DNA of 64,000 nt from the human T2T-CHM13v2.0 reference genome, Homo sapiens. Below the pieces are notes generated by a model. The model had not been told where the DNA came from, did not search any database, and saw only the letters and a list, made by a program, of their open reading frames with translations. The stretch lies in assembly GCF_009914755.1 (NCBI RefSeq), contig NC_060930.1. One strand, 5' to 3'. Shown piece after piece: positions 11,857 through 26,964 of this stretch; position 1 is the stretch's first letter; each line of letters starts with the position of its first letter. Made by a program: the position numbers and the translations under genes.

Positions 11857-14091
11857 CTGGAAATTCCAAAACGATACACGTCACAAGAGGTGGGACAACA
11901 TGCAGGGGCACCCCACACTCTCTCCTTCGTGCTGCAACAAGGTCATTACCGGTGCCTTTCTAATATTCCCATTAAAAGTACCATATGATTGCCACCAGCA
12001 AAAATGGCTCTCGATCACTAATCCTCTCTGCACATCTCTCATACTTAATAGATTATTACTATTTTTTTTAAATAAAAAATCTAAAGTAGCAAACGCTTCT
12101 TAGAAACACTGAGATAACACACACACGTGGCCGAAAAACGATCAGAGTATTCTCCTTCTGCCTCCTACCCAATCCATCTCTCTGGAATAACTGGTATGGG
12201 TTTTGACGTCTGTATTGTGGGATTGTGTATTCACATGCAAATGCATCTGTATCTGTCTAGTCTCCGTATCTCTCTCGGTAGGACTTCATATTCTAATGTG
12301 GGAGTTGCAACGAACATGTAGTTCTTCAGAAAACACACGTCATCCAGGAGGATAGCCGTTCCAGGTCAACCCTCACACTCTATGTACTCAATACGTAGTG
12401 AAAAGGCTCTACCTTTCCCACAGAAAAGCATTGTGCAAATAGTATTACTGTCTGTCAGGTTTAGTAGGTTTGTTTCTCCAAGACTTCTCAAAGCTGCCCT
12501 GGAAAACTTGCTCCCAGGCAGGATGCAGTATCTCTAGAAGGGGTTCCTAGGCAGGTCCTTCTCTCCTGCTCTCAGTCTACCCTCTGCTGGCCGCAGCTAC
12601 TCCGGGACTGAGGGAAAGGGGGATGAGTTGAAAGAACAGTGGGACCCATGGCATAAAGGAAGACGGCAGGGTGGACTAAGAGATCTGAAGAGGTCGGACA
12701 GCTACGGAGCAGCAGAGAAAAATGCATTAGGGGGCAAAGCAGGCGAGTAGTTTGGGCTGCGGGGATCTTGAAGCATTCGCTCTTCCTTATGCCTCCCAAG
12801 AACGTTGCTCCAACCTCCCAGTATCCTCACATTCATGACCTCTGGCTGCCTGAGAAAATGGGAAATGTATTATGGGCCATGGGGTTCCAACACTGTCTCT
12901 CTAGAGACTCTAGACTTGTGGCCTAGTCTCAACCCCAGACCCTCCATTCCAGGAAGCTGGTTCAATGAGCAACTGGATGTATAAGAGCCTGAGCTCTTGA
13001 AAGACTTCTAGTTCTTCCTTGGCTTCCCTCTTTTGAATGCATGGACTATTCTTATTATACCAAAAACCTCAGAGTTCAAACCTTTGTGATTGCTCTAGGA
13101 TTTGCAATATCCCTTCGAACCCGCACAGTACCCTTTTATTAATATGACACACCATCGTGCATGAGGTAAAGAAACTTACAACGGTACACTTCGAATTAAT
13201 CCCTTCGTGATTTATGCTACCATTTCAAATTCTTACCTCTACATATGCTGAAGTTAAATATCTTGCTATCATTTTGTTTCAAGTAGTCAACTCTCATTTA
13301 CAAAGATATAGAAATTTGATCAAGAAAATATTTTGCATTTACATCTATCTACATTTGCCAATTGCTGGATTCTTCATTACGTGGGCTGCAGAAAGTTCCT
13401 TTCTTGTTCAATTCTTCTTCTACCTAATTCCTTCGGGTCACCTCTCTTGTTACATAAGCCTGCTGATTTCCAATTCTTACAGTTTCCGGTTTCTTTCTTT
13501 GGGGCAGTGCACAATATGCATTTATCCGACATGGATGATCTTCAAGGCATTTTATTGCTGGATTCAGCATTCCCGGTTGATCTCTTTTTGTTCCTGATTA
13601 TCATTTTAACAATATTCCCTGGTATCTGGCTTCCAGTGTTTCTGAGGTGAACACATTGGCAATTTGTATCAGTGTACTTGTAGGAAGACACAGCTCTTTT
13701 TCCTCCAGTTTCTCGTGACAGGTTTCTTCTTATTATATCTTTGCCTTGTTACCTTCGAACTGTGATGTACAAAAGTACATCATACAGGTTGGGTTTTTTT
13801 TCCGAAATTCCCTATGTGATCCCTTGAGTTTCACGATTCTGTGATTTTTTTTAATGTTCTTCGTAATTGAAAAGTTATCAGCCATCCTTGATTCCGGTAT
13901 TTGTTTCTATTCCAAACTCCCTTGCTCTTTACTGTGACTTGCTTCCCACATGCAGGAAATCTTTTCATATTTTCCTACATGTCTGTGAGGCTCGCTTAAT
14001 TTTATATTTCACTGTTTCTTCAGGGGTGCGCGTGTCTGTGTGTGTTAGAACTTGTGAGTTTCTGCGTGTGTGTGAGTATGGGTGTGTTTTC

Positions 14092-14130
<39 letters not shown>

Positions 14131-15857
14131 CTCATTCTGTAGGTTCTCTAGAATTGTGTGTTGGGTAATGTTTTCCTCTGAAACGTCTAATTTGATCAGC
14201 CGGCCATACAGTAATTTTTTTCAATTAAGACATACTTTTTTTATACTAGCTCTTTAATTTAATTTGGCTATTCTGTACTGTTAATTTCTCTTGATATGAT
14301 ATCTGCTTTCTTGCATGTTGTTTTTTTAAATATTTGAAATCAGTTATCATACTGATATGTCAAATTTTCACGCAATTCTAATCATTTCTCTCATTCCTGA
14401 GCCTGTTTGTATTACCCGATTTATTTCCTGGTCATGGGTCACACGAAACGCTTTTCTACATGTAGTCAGATTTTAAATTTAGGACTCACTCTGTGGATAC
14501 CGCATAGCTGAGGCAATCGACTTTGTTGTTTACTTCTAAAGAGAGTTGAGATTTCCTCTCACAGGCACTTCATTGATTGGAAACCGATTTGATGCTTGGA
14601 CACTTGCTTTCCAGCTGTGCAAGGGGTTGTCTGCAGCTGACTTTATTCTAGTAATATACTAAGTGTACCTTTAAATTACGGCTGTTCTGGGGTCTCCACT
14701 GAATTGGCAATGTGCTCCGTGAGGACTCTCTGGTCTAGCTGGGAAGAACTCCAGTATCCCAGAGTGCTATGTGATCTCTCTCTTCTTTATTGAGCTTCCT
14801 GTGCTCTTGTACTTGCTGTTTCTCAGTAAATGTTCTTTGCCACACTTTCTCGTGGAACCATTTCCTGTGCACAGGCAGCGTCATGTCAGGCCAACGACTG
14901 GAGGAGACTTCTATGCGTATTTGTAGAGCTCTTTTCCTCCACAAACCAGTTCTTATTTCTAGCAGACCTAGAAAAATTTCAGCTACCACAGTCATCCCAA
15001 ACTCCAATCCCTCTCCTCCATTCAGCAAGATGGCTACAGTCTGCTTGGGCTCCATCTCCTTGCTATTCAGTGCAGGAAGGGTATCCAGGAAGAAAGCCAA
15101 GGCATCTGCGGAGTGGAGCCCATCATTGCCCCTCTCTCAATTCTCTAGGTCCTCTACCATCTGTTGTCCCACATGTAGAAACCATTTTTCCATGTCTCTG
15201 GTAGTCGCTTGTGGCCAAAATATTGGCCATTGGGTGGTCAGACCCGGGCTTCTCTCCATCCACCCATCCCTTTTACTTTTCAGCATCCCTCTCTGTGCTG
15301 ACTCTCATCTGCCTTCCTTCCTTGGATCTTCTCTTGCTGGGAACCTGTATCCCTTCAGGCCACTGGTACTTAGGAACGAGTGTTTTTCTGACAATCGGAA
15401 TATACGTAGATATAGAAACAGATCAATTCACCTGTCCATAAATAAGCACCTATTCTTTCCTCTTGAACCCAGAGAGAAAAGGCAAACGCAACCTTCCCTT
15501 CAGGAAGTGGAAGCCAGAATAACGGAATTCCAACTGGAAAGTCTCCATTGACGTTTAGTTGGTGTTGTGGAAGGGTAATCTAAGTGTCTGGTCCTTTGTC
15601 ATTCTGACTTTCTTCATAATGTGATCTCCTCACCTCCAGATTTCCCTTCTGCTCAATAGAACTAGGAGGAAGGAGAGGGAGCTTAACATTTCCCTTCTCT
15701 CAGACCCTTAGCTCCAAGGCAATCATCCTGAGACATTTTGCTACGCCATCTGCATCTGTCACAAGTTGAGTTCGGAGAACTCAGCTTGAGACACATCTCT
15801 TGTAACAGAAACTTCACTTGGCCCTTTCTTCTCTTATGGTAAAGAACAAAGACATAC

Positions 15858-16017
15858 GCATTTGGGTAGTATTCTGGGGTCCGACTATGCGAGTGTGGTG
15901 TCATAGATGACCAAGCTTGGCAGGTTCTTCCAGTGACAGTGGTGGAGTATGTGCCTCGATAACTCTGTCCATTACCGTGGTAGCACTCCTGCACCCCAGG
16001 CCTCTGCTCAGTCGGTG
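15858..16017 (-). CDS. LPA: KIV-2 exon 1, unit 3, subtype B
   Basis: G/C/T haplotype, canonical splice sites. Confidence 0.96.
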
Positions 16018-17227
16018 CTGAAATGAAAACACAAGAAATAAACTGAGTATCTCTGAGAATAACGAAATATGTGAAGCCATTTATGACACAACCAGAAAGG
16101 AGTCTATGAGAATTACGAACGTTATCTTTCCCTTACCTGTAGGCAGATGGATGGGAGAAAACCAACCAAAAAACATACAGCAAACCTACAGATTCCTACC
16201 AATCTAGAACTGTAGTAAGTTCTAGGAAATATTTCACCTGAAATCCTTAGAAAAACAGAACAGAACAGACTCCTTCTCACTGCAAAGTGCGCTCACGAAG
16301 TAGCACCTTTCTATGAAACTCTACTGAATGTTCATACAAAGGGCACTGCATTTGGCAATGCAGGATGCAGGTGGTAATTGGCTGTCGAGGGCAGAGGAGG
16401 GGAAAGACATGGAAATTTTGCATGTTTCCCTAGATCGTTGATCATGAAAGCCAAGGCCTCTGGCTTCCAGGCCATGGGGCAGAAAACGATCCTATATATC
16501 TGACTGAAGGCAAAGACACTTTGCTTCTCAAGGATGTGTGCACGCCAAAACCTTCTTCCCTTGGAGGAGGGAGGGAATCTTCTCATGCCCTGCATCCTGA
16601 ATTGCAGTAAAGGAGAAGTCTACTAACCTTTCTCTCTAGACCCCTCACAGGTACAAGTGCCATCAGAAAGAGGTTTAAGAACACTGAGAAATCACTCCCT
16701 TCAAAGCCTAGGACTGAAGAGCCTTAGAGCATTGGGAGCTCATATACTGCTCCATAGACCCAGGACCATATGGAATTAATGCAGCCCTGTTAGGTTTCTC
16801 GAGGATGACAGGCTCCAGAGCCACATTTTTTGAAATCTGCAATGCTGAAGATTGCACTGACTGCTGGCTACTTGAAGAAATCCCCAGAAAAGCTTACTGC
16901 GACAGAAAGAATCACACACCTGACAGCACGTTACAATAAAAATTTTGGCTAAGACACTGAGATAGCCCATTTTAGAAGGAGGTGAGTTGTGAAGCCCATC
17001 ACCCTGGAAGGTTTGTGCCCATTCTAAAGACAAAGCCCACCCAAGTTGCACCAGAAATCACTCCGCTGGCTCCCCCAGAGAGTACACGGAGGCTTCCCCC
17101 AACATGGCAGAACTCCGGCAACACTCGAGCATCCGTTTACCATTGAAGGCGGCTGCATCAGTGGGAATTTCCATGGCTTTTCATCCCAGCATCGAAGCGT
17201 GTAGATGTCTGGCCACAGACTCCTTAC

Positions 17228-17409
17228 CTTGTTCGGAAGGAGCCTCTAGGCTTGGAACCGGGGTAACAGTCGGAGGCGCGACGGCAGTCCCTTCTGCGTC
17301 TGAGCATTGCGTCAGGTTGCAGTACTCCCACCTGACACCGGGATCCCTCGTATAACAATAAGGAGCTGCCACAGCATCTGGATTCCTGCAGTAGTTCATG
17401 ATCAAGCCA
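17228..17409 (-). CDS. LPA: KIV-2 exon 2, unit 4
   Basis: Same exon, AG/GT boundaries. Confidence 0.97.
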
Positions 17410-19644
17410 CTGGAAATTCCAAAACGATACACGTCACAAGAGGTGGGACAACATGCAGGGGCACCCCACACTCTCTCCTTTGTGCTGCAACAAGGTCATT
17501 ACCGGTGCCTTTCTAATATTCCCATTAAAAGTACCATATGATTGCCACCAGCAAAAATGGCTCTCGATCACTAATCCTCTCTGCACATCTCTCATACTTA
17601 ATAGATTATTACTATTTTTTTTAAATAAAAAATCTAAAGTAGCAAACGCTTCTTAGAAACACTGAGATAACACACACACGTGGCCGAAAAACGATCAGAG
17701 TATTCTCCTTCTGCCTTCTGCCCAATCCATCTCTCTGGAATAACTGGTATGGGTTTTGACGTCTGTATTGTGGGATTGTGTATTCACATGCAAATGCATC
17801 TGTATCTGTCTAGTCTCCGTATCTCTCTCGGTAGGACTTCATATTCTAATGTGGGAGTTGCAACGAACATGTAGTTCTTCAGAAAACGCACGTCATCCAG
17901 GAGGATAGCCGTTCCAGGTCAACCCTCACACTCTATGTACTCAATACGTAGTGAAAAGGCTCTACCTTTCCCACAGAAAAGCATTGTGCAAATAGTATTA
18001 CTGTCTGTCAGGTTTAGTAGGTTTGTTTCTCCAAGACTTCTCAAAGCTGCCCTGGAAAACTTGCTCCCAGGCAGGATGCAGTATCTCTAGAAGGGGTTCC
18101 TAGGCAGGTCCTTCTCTCCTGCTCTCAGTCTACCCTCTGCTGGCCGCAGCTACTCCGGGACTGAGGGAAAGGGGGATGAGTTGAAAGAACAGTGGGACCC
18201 ATGGCATAAAGGAAGACGGCAGGGTGGACTAAGAGATCTGAAGAGGTCGGACAGCTACGGAGCAGCAGAGAAAAATGCATTAGGGGGCAAAGCAGGCGAG
18301 TAGTTTGGGCTGCGGGGATCTTGAAGCATTCGCTCTTCCTTATGCCTCCCAAGAACGTTGCTCCAACCTCCCAGTATCCTCACATTCATGACCTCTGGCT
18401 GCCTGAGAAAATGGGAAATGTATTATGGGCCATGGGGTTCCAACACTGTCTCTCTAGAGACTCTAGACTTGTGGCCTAGTCTCAACCCCAGACCCTCCAT
18501 TCCAGGAAGCTGGTTCAATGAGCAACTGGATGTATAAGAGCCTGAGCTCTTGAAAGACTTCTAGTTCTTCCTTGGCTTCCCTCTTTTGAATGCATGGACT
18601 ATTCTTATTATACCAAAAACCTCAGAGTTCAAACCTTTGTGATTGCTCTAGGATTTGCAATATCCCTTCGAACCCGCACAGTACCCTTTTATTAATATGA
18701 CACACCATCGTGCATGAGGTAAAGAAACTTACAACGGTACACTTCGAATTAATCCCTTCGTGATTTATGCTACCATTTCAAATTCTTACCTCTACATATG
18801 CTGAAGTTAAATATCTTGCTATCATTTTGTTTCAAGTAGTCAACTCTCATTTACAAAGATATAGAAATTTGATCAAGAAAATATTTTGCATTTACATCTA
18901 TCTACATTTGCCAATTGCTGGATTCTTCATTACGTGGGCTGCAGAAAGTTCCTTTCTTGTTCAATTCTTCTTCTACCTAATTCCTTCGGGTCACCTCTCT
19001 TGTTACATAAGCCTGCTGATTTCCAATTCTTACAGTTTCCGGTTTCTTTCTTTGGGGCAGTGCACAATATGCATTTATCCGACATGGATGATCTTCAAGG
19101 CATTTTATTGCTGGATTCAGCATTCCCGGTTGATCTCTTTTTGTTCCTGATTATCATTTTAACAATATTCCCTGGTATCTGGCTTCCAGTGTTTCTGAGG
19201 TGAACACATTGGCAATTTGTATCAGTGTACTTGTAGGAAGACACAGCTCTTTTTCCTCCAGTTTCTCGTGACAGGTTTCTTCTTATTATATCTTTGCCTT
19301 GTTACCTTCGAACTGTGATGTACAAAAGTACATCATACAGGTTGGGTTTTTTTTCCGAAATTCCCTATGTGATCCCTTGAGTTTCACGATTCTGTGATTT
19401 TTTTTAATGTTCTTCGTAATTGAAAAGTTATCAGCCATCCTTGATTCCGGTATTTGTTTCTATTCCAAACTCCCTTGCTCTTTACTGTGACTTGCTTCCC
19501 ACATGCAGGAAATCTTTTCATATTTTCCTACATGTCTGTGAGGCTCGCTTAATTTTATATTTCACTGTTTCTTCAGGGGTGCGCGTGTCTGTGTGTGTTA
19601 GAACTTGTGAGTTTCTGCGTGTGTGTGAGTATGGGTGTGTTTTC

Positions 19645-19685
<41 letters not shown>

Positions 19686-21412
19686 CTCATTCTGTAGGTT
19701 CTCTAGAATTGTGTGTTGGGTAATGTTTTCCTCTGAAACGTCTAATTTGATCAGCCGGCCATACAGTAATTTTTTTCAATTAAGACATACTTTTTTTATA
19801 CTAGCTCTTTAATTTAATTTGGCTATTCTGTACTGTTAATTTCTCTTGATATGATATCTGCTTTCTTGCATGTTGTTTTTTTAAATATTTGAAATCAGTT
19901 ATCATACTGATATGTCAAATTTTCACGCAATTCTAATCATTTCTCTCATTCCTGAGCCTGTTTGTATTACCCGATTTATTTCCTGGTCATGGGTCACACG
20001 AAACGCTTTTCTACATGTAGTCAGATTTTAAATTTAGGACTCACTCTGCGGATACCGCATAGCTGAGGCAATCGACTTTGTTGTTTACTTCTAAAGAGAG
20101 TTGAGATTTCCTCTCACAGGCACTTCATTGATTGGAAACCGATTTGATGCTTGGACACTTGCTTTCCAGCTGTGCAAGGGGTTGTCTGCAGCTGACTTTA
20201 TTCTAGTAATATACTAAGTGTACCTTTAAATTACGGCTGTTCTGGGGTCTCCACTGAATTGGCAATGTGCTCCGTGAGGACTCTCTGGTCTAGCTGGGAA
20301 GAACTCCAGTATCCCAGAGTGCTATGTGATCTCTCTCTTCTTTATTGAGCTTCCTGTGCTCTTGTACTTGCTGTTTCTCAGTAAATGTTCTTTGCCACAC
20401 TTTCTCGTGGAACCATTTCCTGTGCACAGGCAGCGTCATGTCAGGCCAACGACTGGAGGAGACTTCTATGCGTATTTGTAGAGCTCTTTTCCTCCACAAA
20501 CCAGTTCTTATTTCTAGCAGACCTAGAAAAATTTCAGCTACCACAGTCATCCCAAACTCCAATCCCTCTCCTCCATTCAGCAAGATGGCTACAGTCTGCT
20601 TGGGCTCCATCTCCTTGCTATTCAGTGCAGGAAGGGTATCCAGGAAGAAAGCCAAGGCATCTGCGGAGTGGAGCCCATCATTGCCCCTCTCTCAATTCTC
20701 TAGGTCCTCTACCATCTGTTGTCCCACATGTAGAAACCATTTTTCCATGTCTCTGGTAGTCGCTTGTGGCCAAAATATTGGCCATTGGGTGGTCAGACCC
20801 GGGCTTCTCTCCATCCACCCATCCCTTTTACTTTTCAGCATCCCTCTCTGTGCTGACTCTCATCTGCCTTCCTTCCTTGGATCTTCTCTTGCTGGGAACC
20901 TGTATCCCTTCAGGCCACTGGTACTTAGGAACGAGTGTTTTTCTGACAATCGGAATATACGTAGATATAGAAACAGATCAATTCACCTGTCCATAAATAA
21001 GCACCTATTCTTTCCTCTTGAACCCAGAGAGAAAAGGCAAACGCAACCTTCCCTTCAGGAAGTGGAAGCCAGAATAACGGAATTCCAACTGGAAAGTCTC
21101 CATTGACGTTTAGTTGGTGTTGTGGAAGGGTAATCTAAGTGTCTGGTCCTTTGTCATTCTGACTTTCTTCATAATGTGATCTCCTCACCTCCAGATTTCC
21201 CTTCTGCTCAATAGAACTAGGAGGAAGGAGAGGGAGCTTAACATTTCCCTTCTCTCAGACCCTTAGCTCCAAGGCAATCATCCTGAGACATTTTGCTACG
21301 CCATCTGCATCTGTCACAAGTTGAGTTCGGAGAACTCAGCTTGAGACACATCTCTTGTAACAGAAACTTCACTTGGCCCTTTCTTCTCTTATGGTAAAGA
21401 ACAAAGACATAC

Positions 21413-21572
21413 GCATTTGGGTAGTATTCTGGGGTCCGACTATGCGAGTGTGGTGTCATAGATGACCAAGCTTGGCAGGTTCTTCCTGTGACAGTGGTGG
21501 AGTATGTGCCTCGATAACTCTGTCCATTACCATGGTAGCACTCCTGCACCCCAGGCCTTTGCTCAGTCGGTG
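21413..21572 (-). CDS. LPA: KIV-2 exon 1, unit 4, subtype A (A/T/A)
   Basis: Plus strand ggcctttgct, accatggt, ttcctgtgac. Confidence 0.96.
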
Positions 21573-22779
21573 CTGAAATGAAAACACGGGAAATCAAGCT
21601 GAGTATCTCTGAGCATAGAGAAACATGTGAAGCCATTTGTGACACAACCAGAAAGGAGTCTATGAGAATTACGACCGTTCTCTTTTCCTTATCCATAGGC
21701 AGATGGATGTGAGAAAACCGACCAACAAACAAACACCAAAGCAACAGATTCCTCCCATTCTAGAACTGTAGTAAGTTCTTGGAAATATTTCACCTGACAC
21801 CTTAGAGAAACACAACAGATCAGATTCCTCATTGGAAAGTGAGCTCACGAGGTAGCACCTTTCTAGGAAACTCTACTGAATCTTCATGCAAACGGCACCG
21901 CATTTGGCAATGCGGGCTGCAGGTGGTAATTGGCTGTCGGGGGCAGAGTTTGGGACAGACATGGAAATTTTGCATGTTTCCCTAGACCGTTGATCATGAA
22001 AGCCAAGGCCTTTGGCTTCCGGGCCATGGGGCAGAAAACGGTCCTATGTATCTGACTGAAGACAAAGACACTTTGCTTCTCAGGGATGTGTGCACGCCAA
22101 AAGCTTCTTCCCTTGGAGGAGAGAGGGAATCCTCTCATGCCCTGCATCCTGAATTGTAGTAAAGTAGGAGTCTACTACTCTTTCTCTCTAGACCCCTCAC
22201 AGGTACAAGTGTCATCAGAAAGAGGTTTAAGAATACTGAGAAATCACTCCCTTCAAAGCCTAGGGCTGAAGAGCCTTAGAGCACTGGGAGCTCATGTACT
22301 GCTCCATAGACCCAGGGCCACATGGAATCAATGCAGCCCTCTTAGGTTTCTCGAGGGTGACAGGCTCCAGAGCCACATTTCTCAGAATCTGCAATGCTGA
22401 AGATTGCTCTGAATGCTGGCTACTTGAAGAAATCCCCGGAAAAGCTTACTGGCTTGGAAAGAGTGACACACCTGACAGCATGTTACAATAAAAATTTTGG
22501 CTGGGACACTGAGGTAGCCCGTTTTACAACAAGGTGAATTTTGAAGTCGATCCCCCTGGAGGGTTTGTGCCCATCCTAAAGACAAAGCCCAACCACGTTG
22601 CACCAGAAATCACTCCGCTGGCTCCCCCAGAGAGTGCACGGAGGCTTCCTCCTACATGGTAGAACTCAGGCAACACTCGAGCATCCGTTTACCATTGAAG
22701 GCGGCTGCATCAGTGGGAATTTCCATGGCTTTTCATCCCAGCATCGAAGCGTGTAGATGTCTGGCCACAGACTCCTTAC
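21573..22779 (-). other. Short inter-unit intron, A type (1207 bp). Also at 27125-28331, 38216-39422, 43763-44969, 49311-50517, 54859-56065 and 60405-61611.
   Basis: GTAAGG...TTTCAG on minus, with A-type diagnostic bases. Confidence 0.95.
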
Positions 22780-22961
22780 CTTGTTCGGAAGGAGCCTCTA
22801 GGCTTGGAACCGGGGTAACAGTCGGAGGCGCGACGGCAGTCCCTTCTGCGTCTGAGCATTGCGTCAGGTTGCAGTACTCCCACCTGACACCGGGATCCCT
22901 CGTATAACAATAAGGAGCTGCCACAGCATCTGGATTCCTGCAGTAGTTCATGATCAAGCCA
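22780..22961 (-). CDS. LPA: KIV-2 exon 2, unit 5
   Basis: Same exon, AG/GT boundaries. Confidence 0.97.
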
Positions 22962-25196
22962 CTGGAAATTCCAAAACGATACACGTCACAAGAGGTGGGA
23001 CAACATGCAGGGGCACCCCACACTCTCTCCTTTGTGCTGCAACAAGGTCATTACCGGTGCCTTTCTAATATTCCCATTAAAAGTACCATATGATTGCCAC
23101 CAGCAAAAATGGCTCTCGATCACTAATCGTCTCTGCACATCTCTCATACTTAATAGATTATTACTATTTTTTTTAAATAAAAAATCTAAAGTAGCAAACG
23201 CTTCTTAGAAACACTGAGATAACACACACACGTGGCCGAAAAACGATCAGAGTATTCTCCTTCTGCCTTCTGCCCAATCCATCTCTCTGGAATAACTGGT
23301 ATGGGTTTTGACGTCTGTATTGTGGGATTGTGTATTCACATGCAAATGCATCTGTATCTGTCTAGTCTCCGTATCTCTCTCGGTAGGACTTCATATTCTA
23401 ATGTGGGAGTTGCAACGAACATGTAGTTCTTCAGAAAACGCACGTCATCCAGGAGGATAGCCGTTCCAGGTCAACCCTCACACTCTATGTACTCAATACG
23501 TAGTGAAAAGGCTCTACCTTTCCCACAGAAAAGCATTGTGCAAATAGTATTACTGTCTGTCAGGTTTAGTAGGTTTGTTTCTCCAAGACTTCTCAAAGCT
23601 GCCCTGGAAAACTTGCTCCCAGGCAGGATGCAGTATCTCTAGAAGGGGTTCCTAGGCAGGTCCTTCTCTCCTGCTCTCAGTCTACCCTCTGCTGGCCGCA
23701 GCTACTCCGGGACTGAGGGAAAGGGGGATGCGTTGAAAGAACAGTGGGACCCATGGCATAAAGGAAGACGGCAGGGTGGACTAAGAGATCTGAAGAGGTC
23801 GGACAGCTACGGAGCAGCAGAGAAAAATGCATTAGGGGGCAAAGCAGGCGAGTAGTTTGGGCTGCGGGGATCTTGAAGCATTCGCTCTTCCTTATGCCTC
23901 CCAAGAACGTTGCTCCAACCTCCCAGTATCCTCACATTCATGACCTCTGGCTGCCTGAGAAAATGGGAAATGTATTATGGGCCATGGGGTTCCAACACTG
24001 TCTCTCTAGAGACTCTAGACTTGTGGCCTAGTCTCAACCCCAGACCCTCCATTCCAGGAAGCTGGTTCAATGAGCAACTGGATGTATAAGAGCCTGAGCT
24101 CTTGAAAGACTTCTAGTTCTTCCTTGGCTTCCCTCTTTTGAATGCATGGACTATTCTTATTATACCAAAAACCTCAGAGTTCAAACCTTTGTGATTGCTC
24201 TAGGATTTGCAATATCCCTTCGAACCCGCACAGTACCCTTTTATTAATATGACACACCATCGTGCATGAGGTAAAGAAACTTACAACGGTACACTTCGAA
24301 TTAATCCCTTCGTGATTTATGCTACCATTTCAAATTCTTACCTCTACATATGCTGAAGTTAAATATCTTGCTATCATTTTGTTTCAAGTAGTCAACTCTC
24401 ATTTACAAAGATATAGAAATTTGATCAAGAAAATATTTTGCATTTACATCTATCTACATTTGCCAATTGCTGGATTCTTCATTACGTGGGCTGCAGAAAG
24501 TTCCTTTCTTGTTCAATTCTTCTTCTACCTAATTCCTTCGGGTCACCTCTCTTGTTACATAAGCCTGCTGATTTCCAATTCTTACAGTTTCCGGTTTCTT
24601 TCTTTGGGGCAGTGCACAATATGCATTTATCCGACATGGATGATCTTCAAGGCATTTTATTGCTGGATTCAGCATTCCCGGTTGATCTCTTTTTGTTCCT
24701 GATTATCATTTTAACAATATTCCCTGGTATCTGGCTTCCAGTGTTTCTGAGGTGAACACATTGGCAATTTGTATCAGTGTACTTGTAGGAAGACACAGCT
24801 CTTTTTCCTCCAGTTTCTCGTGACAGGTTTCTTCTTATTATATCTTTGCCTTGTTACCTTCGAACTGTGATGTACAAAAGTACATCATACAGGTTGGGTT
24901 TTTTTTCCGAAATTCCCTATGTGATCCCTTGAGTTTCACGATTCTGTGATTTTTTTTAATGTTCTTCGTAATTGAAAAGTTATCAGCCATCCTTGATTCC
25001 GGTATTTGTTTCTATTCCAAACTCCCTTGCTCTTTACTGTGACTTGCTTCCCACATGCAGGAAATCTTTTCATATTTTCCTACATGTCTGTGAGGCTCGC
25101 TTAATTTTATATTTCACTGTTTCTTCAGGGGTGCGCGTGTCTGTGTGTGTTAGAACTTGTGAGTTTCTGCGTGTGTGTGAGTATGGGTGTGTTTTC

Positions 25197-25237
<41 letters not shown>

Positions 25238-26964
25238 CTCATTCTGTAGGTTCTCTAGAATTGTGTGTTGGGTAATGTTTTCCTCTGAAACGTCTAATTT
25301 GATCAGCCGGCCATACAGTAATTTTTTTCAATTAAGACATACTTTTTTTATACTAGCTCTTTAATTTAATTTGGCTATTCTGTACTGTTAATTTCTCTTG
25401 ATATGATATCTGCTTTCTTGCATGTTGTTTTTTTAAATATTTGAAATCAGTTATCATACTGATATGTCAAATTTTCACGCAATTCTAATCATTTCTCTCA
25501 TTCCTGAGCCTGTTTGTATTACCCGATTTATTTCCTGGTCATGGGTCACACGAAACGCTTTTCTACATGTAGTCAGATTTTAAATTTAGGACTCACTCTG
25601 CGGATACCGCATAGCTGAGGCAATCGACTTTGTTGTTTACTTCTAAAGAGAGTTGAGATTTCCTCTCACAGGCACTTCATTGATTGGAAACCGATTTGAT
25701 GCTTGGACACTTGCTTTCCAGCTGTGCAAGGGGTTGTCTGCAGCTGACTTTATTCTAGTAATATACTAAGTGTACCTTTAAATTACGGCTGTTCTGGGGT
25801 CTCCACTGAATTGGCAATGTGCTCCGTGAGGACTCTCTGGTCTAGCTGGGAAGAACTCCAGTATCCCAGAGTGCTATGTGATCTCTCTCTTCTTTATTGA
25901 GCTTCCTGTGCTCTTGTACTTGCTGTTTCTCAGTAAATGTTCTTTGCCACACTTTCTCGTGGAACCATTTCCTGTGCACAGGCAGCGTCATGTCAGGCCA
26001 ACGACTGGAGGAGACTTCTATGCGTATTTGTAGAGCTCTTTTCCTCCACAAACCAGTTCTTATTTCTAGCAGACCTAGAAAAATTTCAGCTACCACAGTC
26101 ATCCCAAACTCCAATCCCTCTCCTCCATTCAGCAAGATGGCTACAGTCTGCTTGGGCTCCATCTCCTTGCTATTCAGTGCAGGAAGGGTATCCAGGAAGA
26201 AAGCCAAGGCATCTGCGGAGTGGAGCCCATCATTGCCCCTCTCTCAATTCTCTAGGTCCTCTACCATCTGTTGTCCCACATGTAGAAACCATTTTTCCAT
26301 GTCTCTGGTAGTCGCTTGTGGCCAAAATATTGGCCATTGGGTGGTCAGACCCGGGCTTCTCTCCATCCACCCATCCCTTTTACTTTTCAGCATCCCTCTC
26401 TGTGCTGACTCTCATCTGCCTTCCTTCCTTGGATCTTCTCTTGCTGGGAACCTGTATCCCTTCAGGCCACTGGTACTTAGGAACGAGTGTTTTTCTGACA
26501 ATCGGAATATACGTAGATATAGAAACAGATCAATTCACCTGTCCATAAATAAGCACCTATTCTTTCCTCTTGAACCCAGAGAGAAAAGGCAAACGCAACC
26601 TTCCCTTCAGGAAGTGGAAGCCAGAATAACGGAATTCCAACTGGAAAGTCTCCATTGACGTTTAGTTGGTGTTGTGGAAGGGTAATCTAAGTGTCTGGTC
26701 CTTTGTCATTCTGACTTTCTTCATAATGTGATCTCCTCACCTCCAGATTTCCCTTCTGCTCAATAGAACTAGGAGGAAGGAGAGGGAGCTTAACATTTCC
26801 CTTCTCTCAGACCCTTAGCTCCAAGGCAATCATCCTGAGACATTTTGCTACGCCATCTGCATCTGTCACAAGTTGAGTTCGGAGAACTCAGCTTGAGACA
26901 CATCTCTTGTAACAGAAACTTCACTTGGCCCTTTCTTCTCTTATGGTAAAGAACAAAGACATAC

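Noticed and set aside
21238-21744. 168-aa and 103-aa ORFs containing the kringle N-terminal half, and 96-aa ORFs containing the C-terminal half
   Set aside because: These are exon frames reading through into introns. Canonical splice sites delimit the true coding parts.
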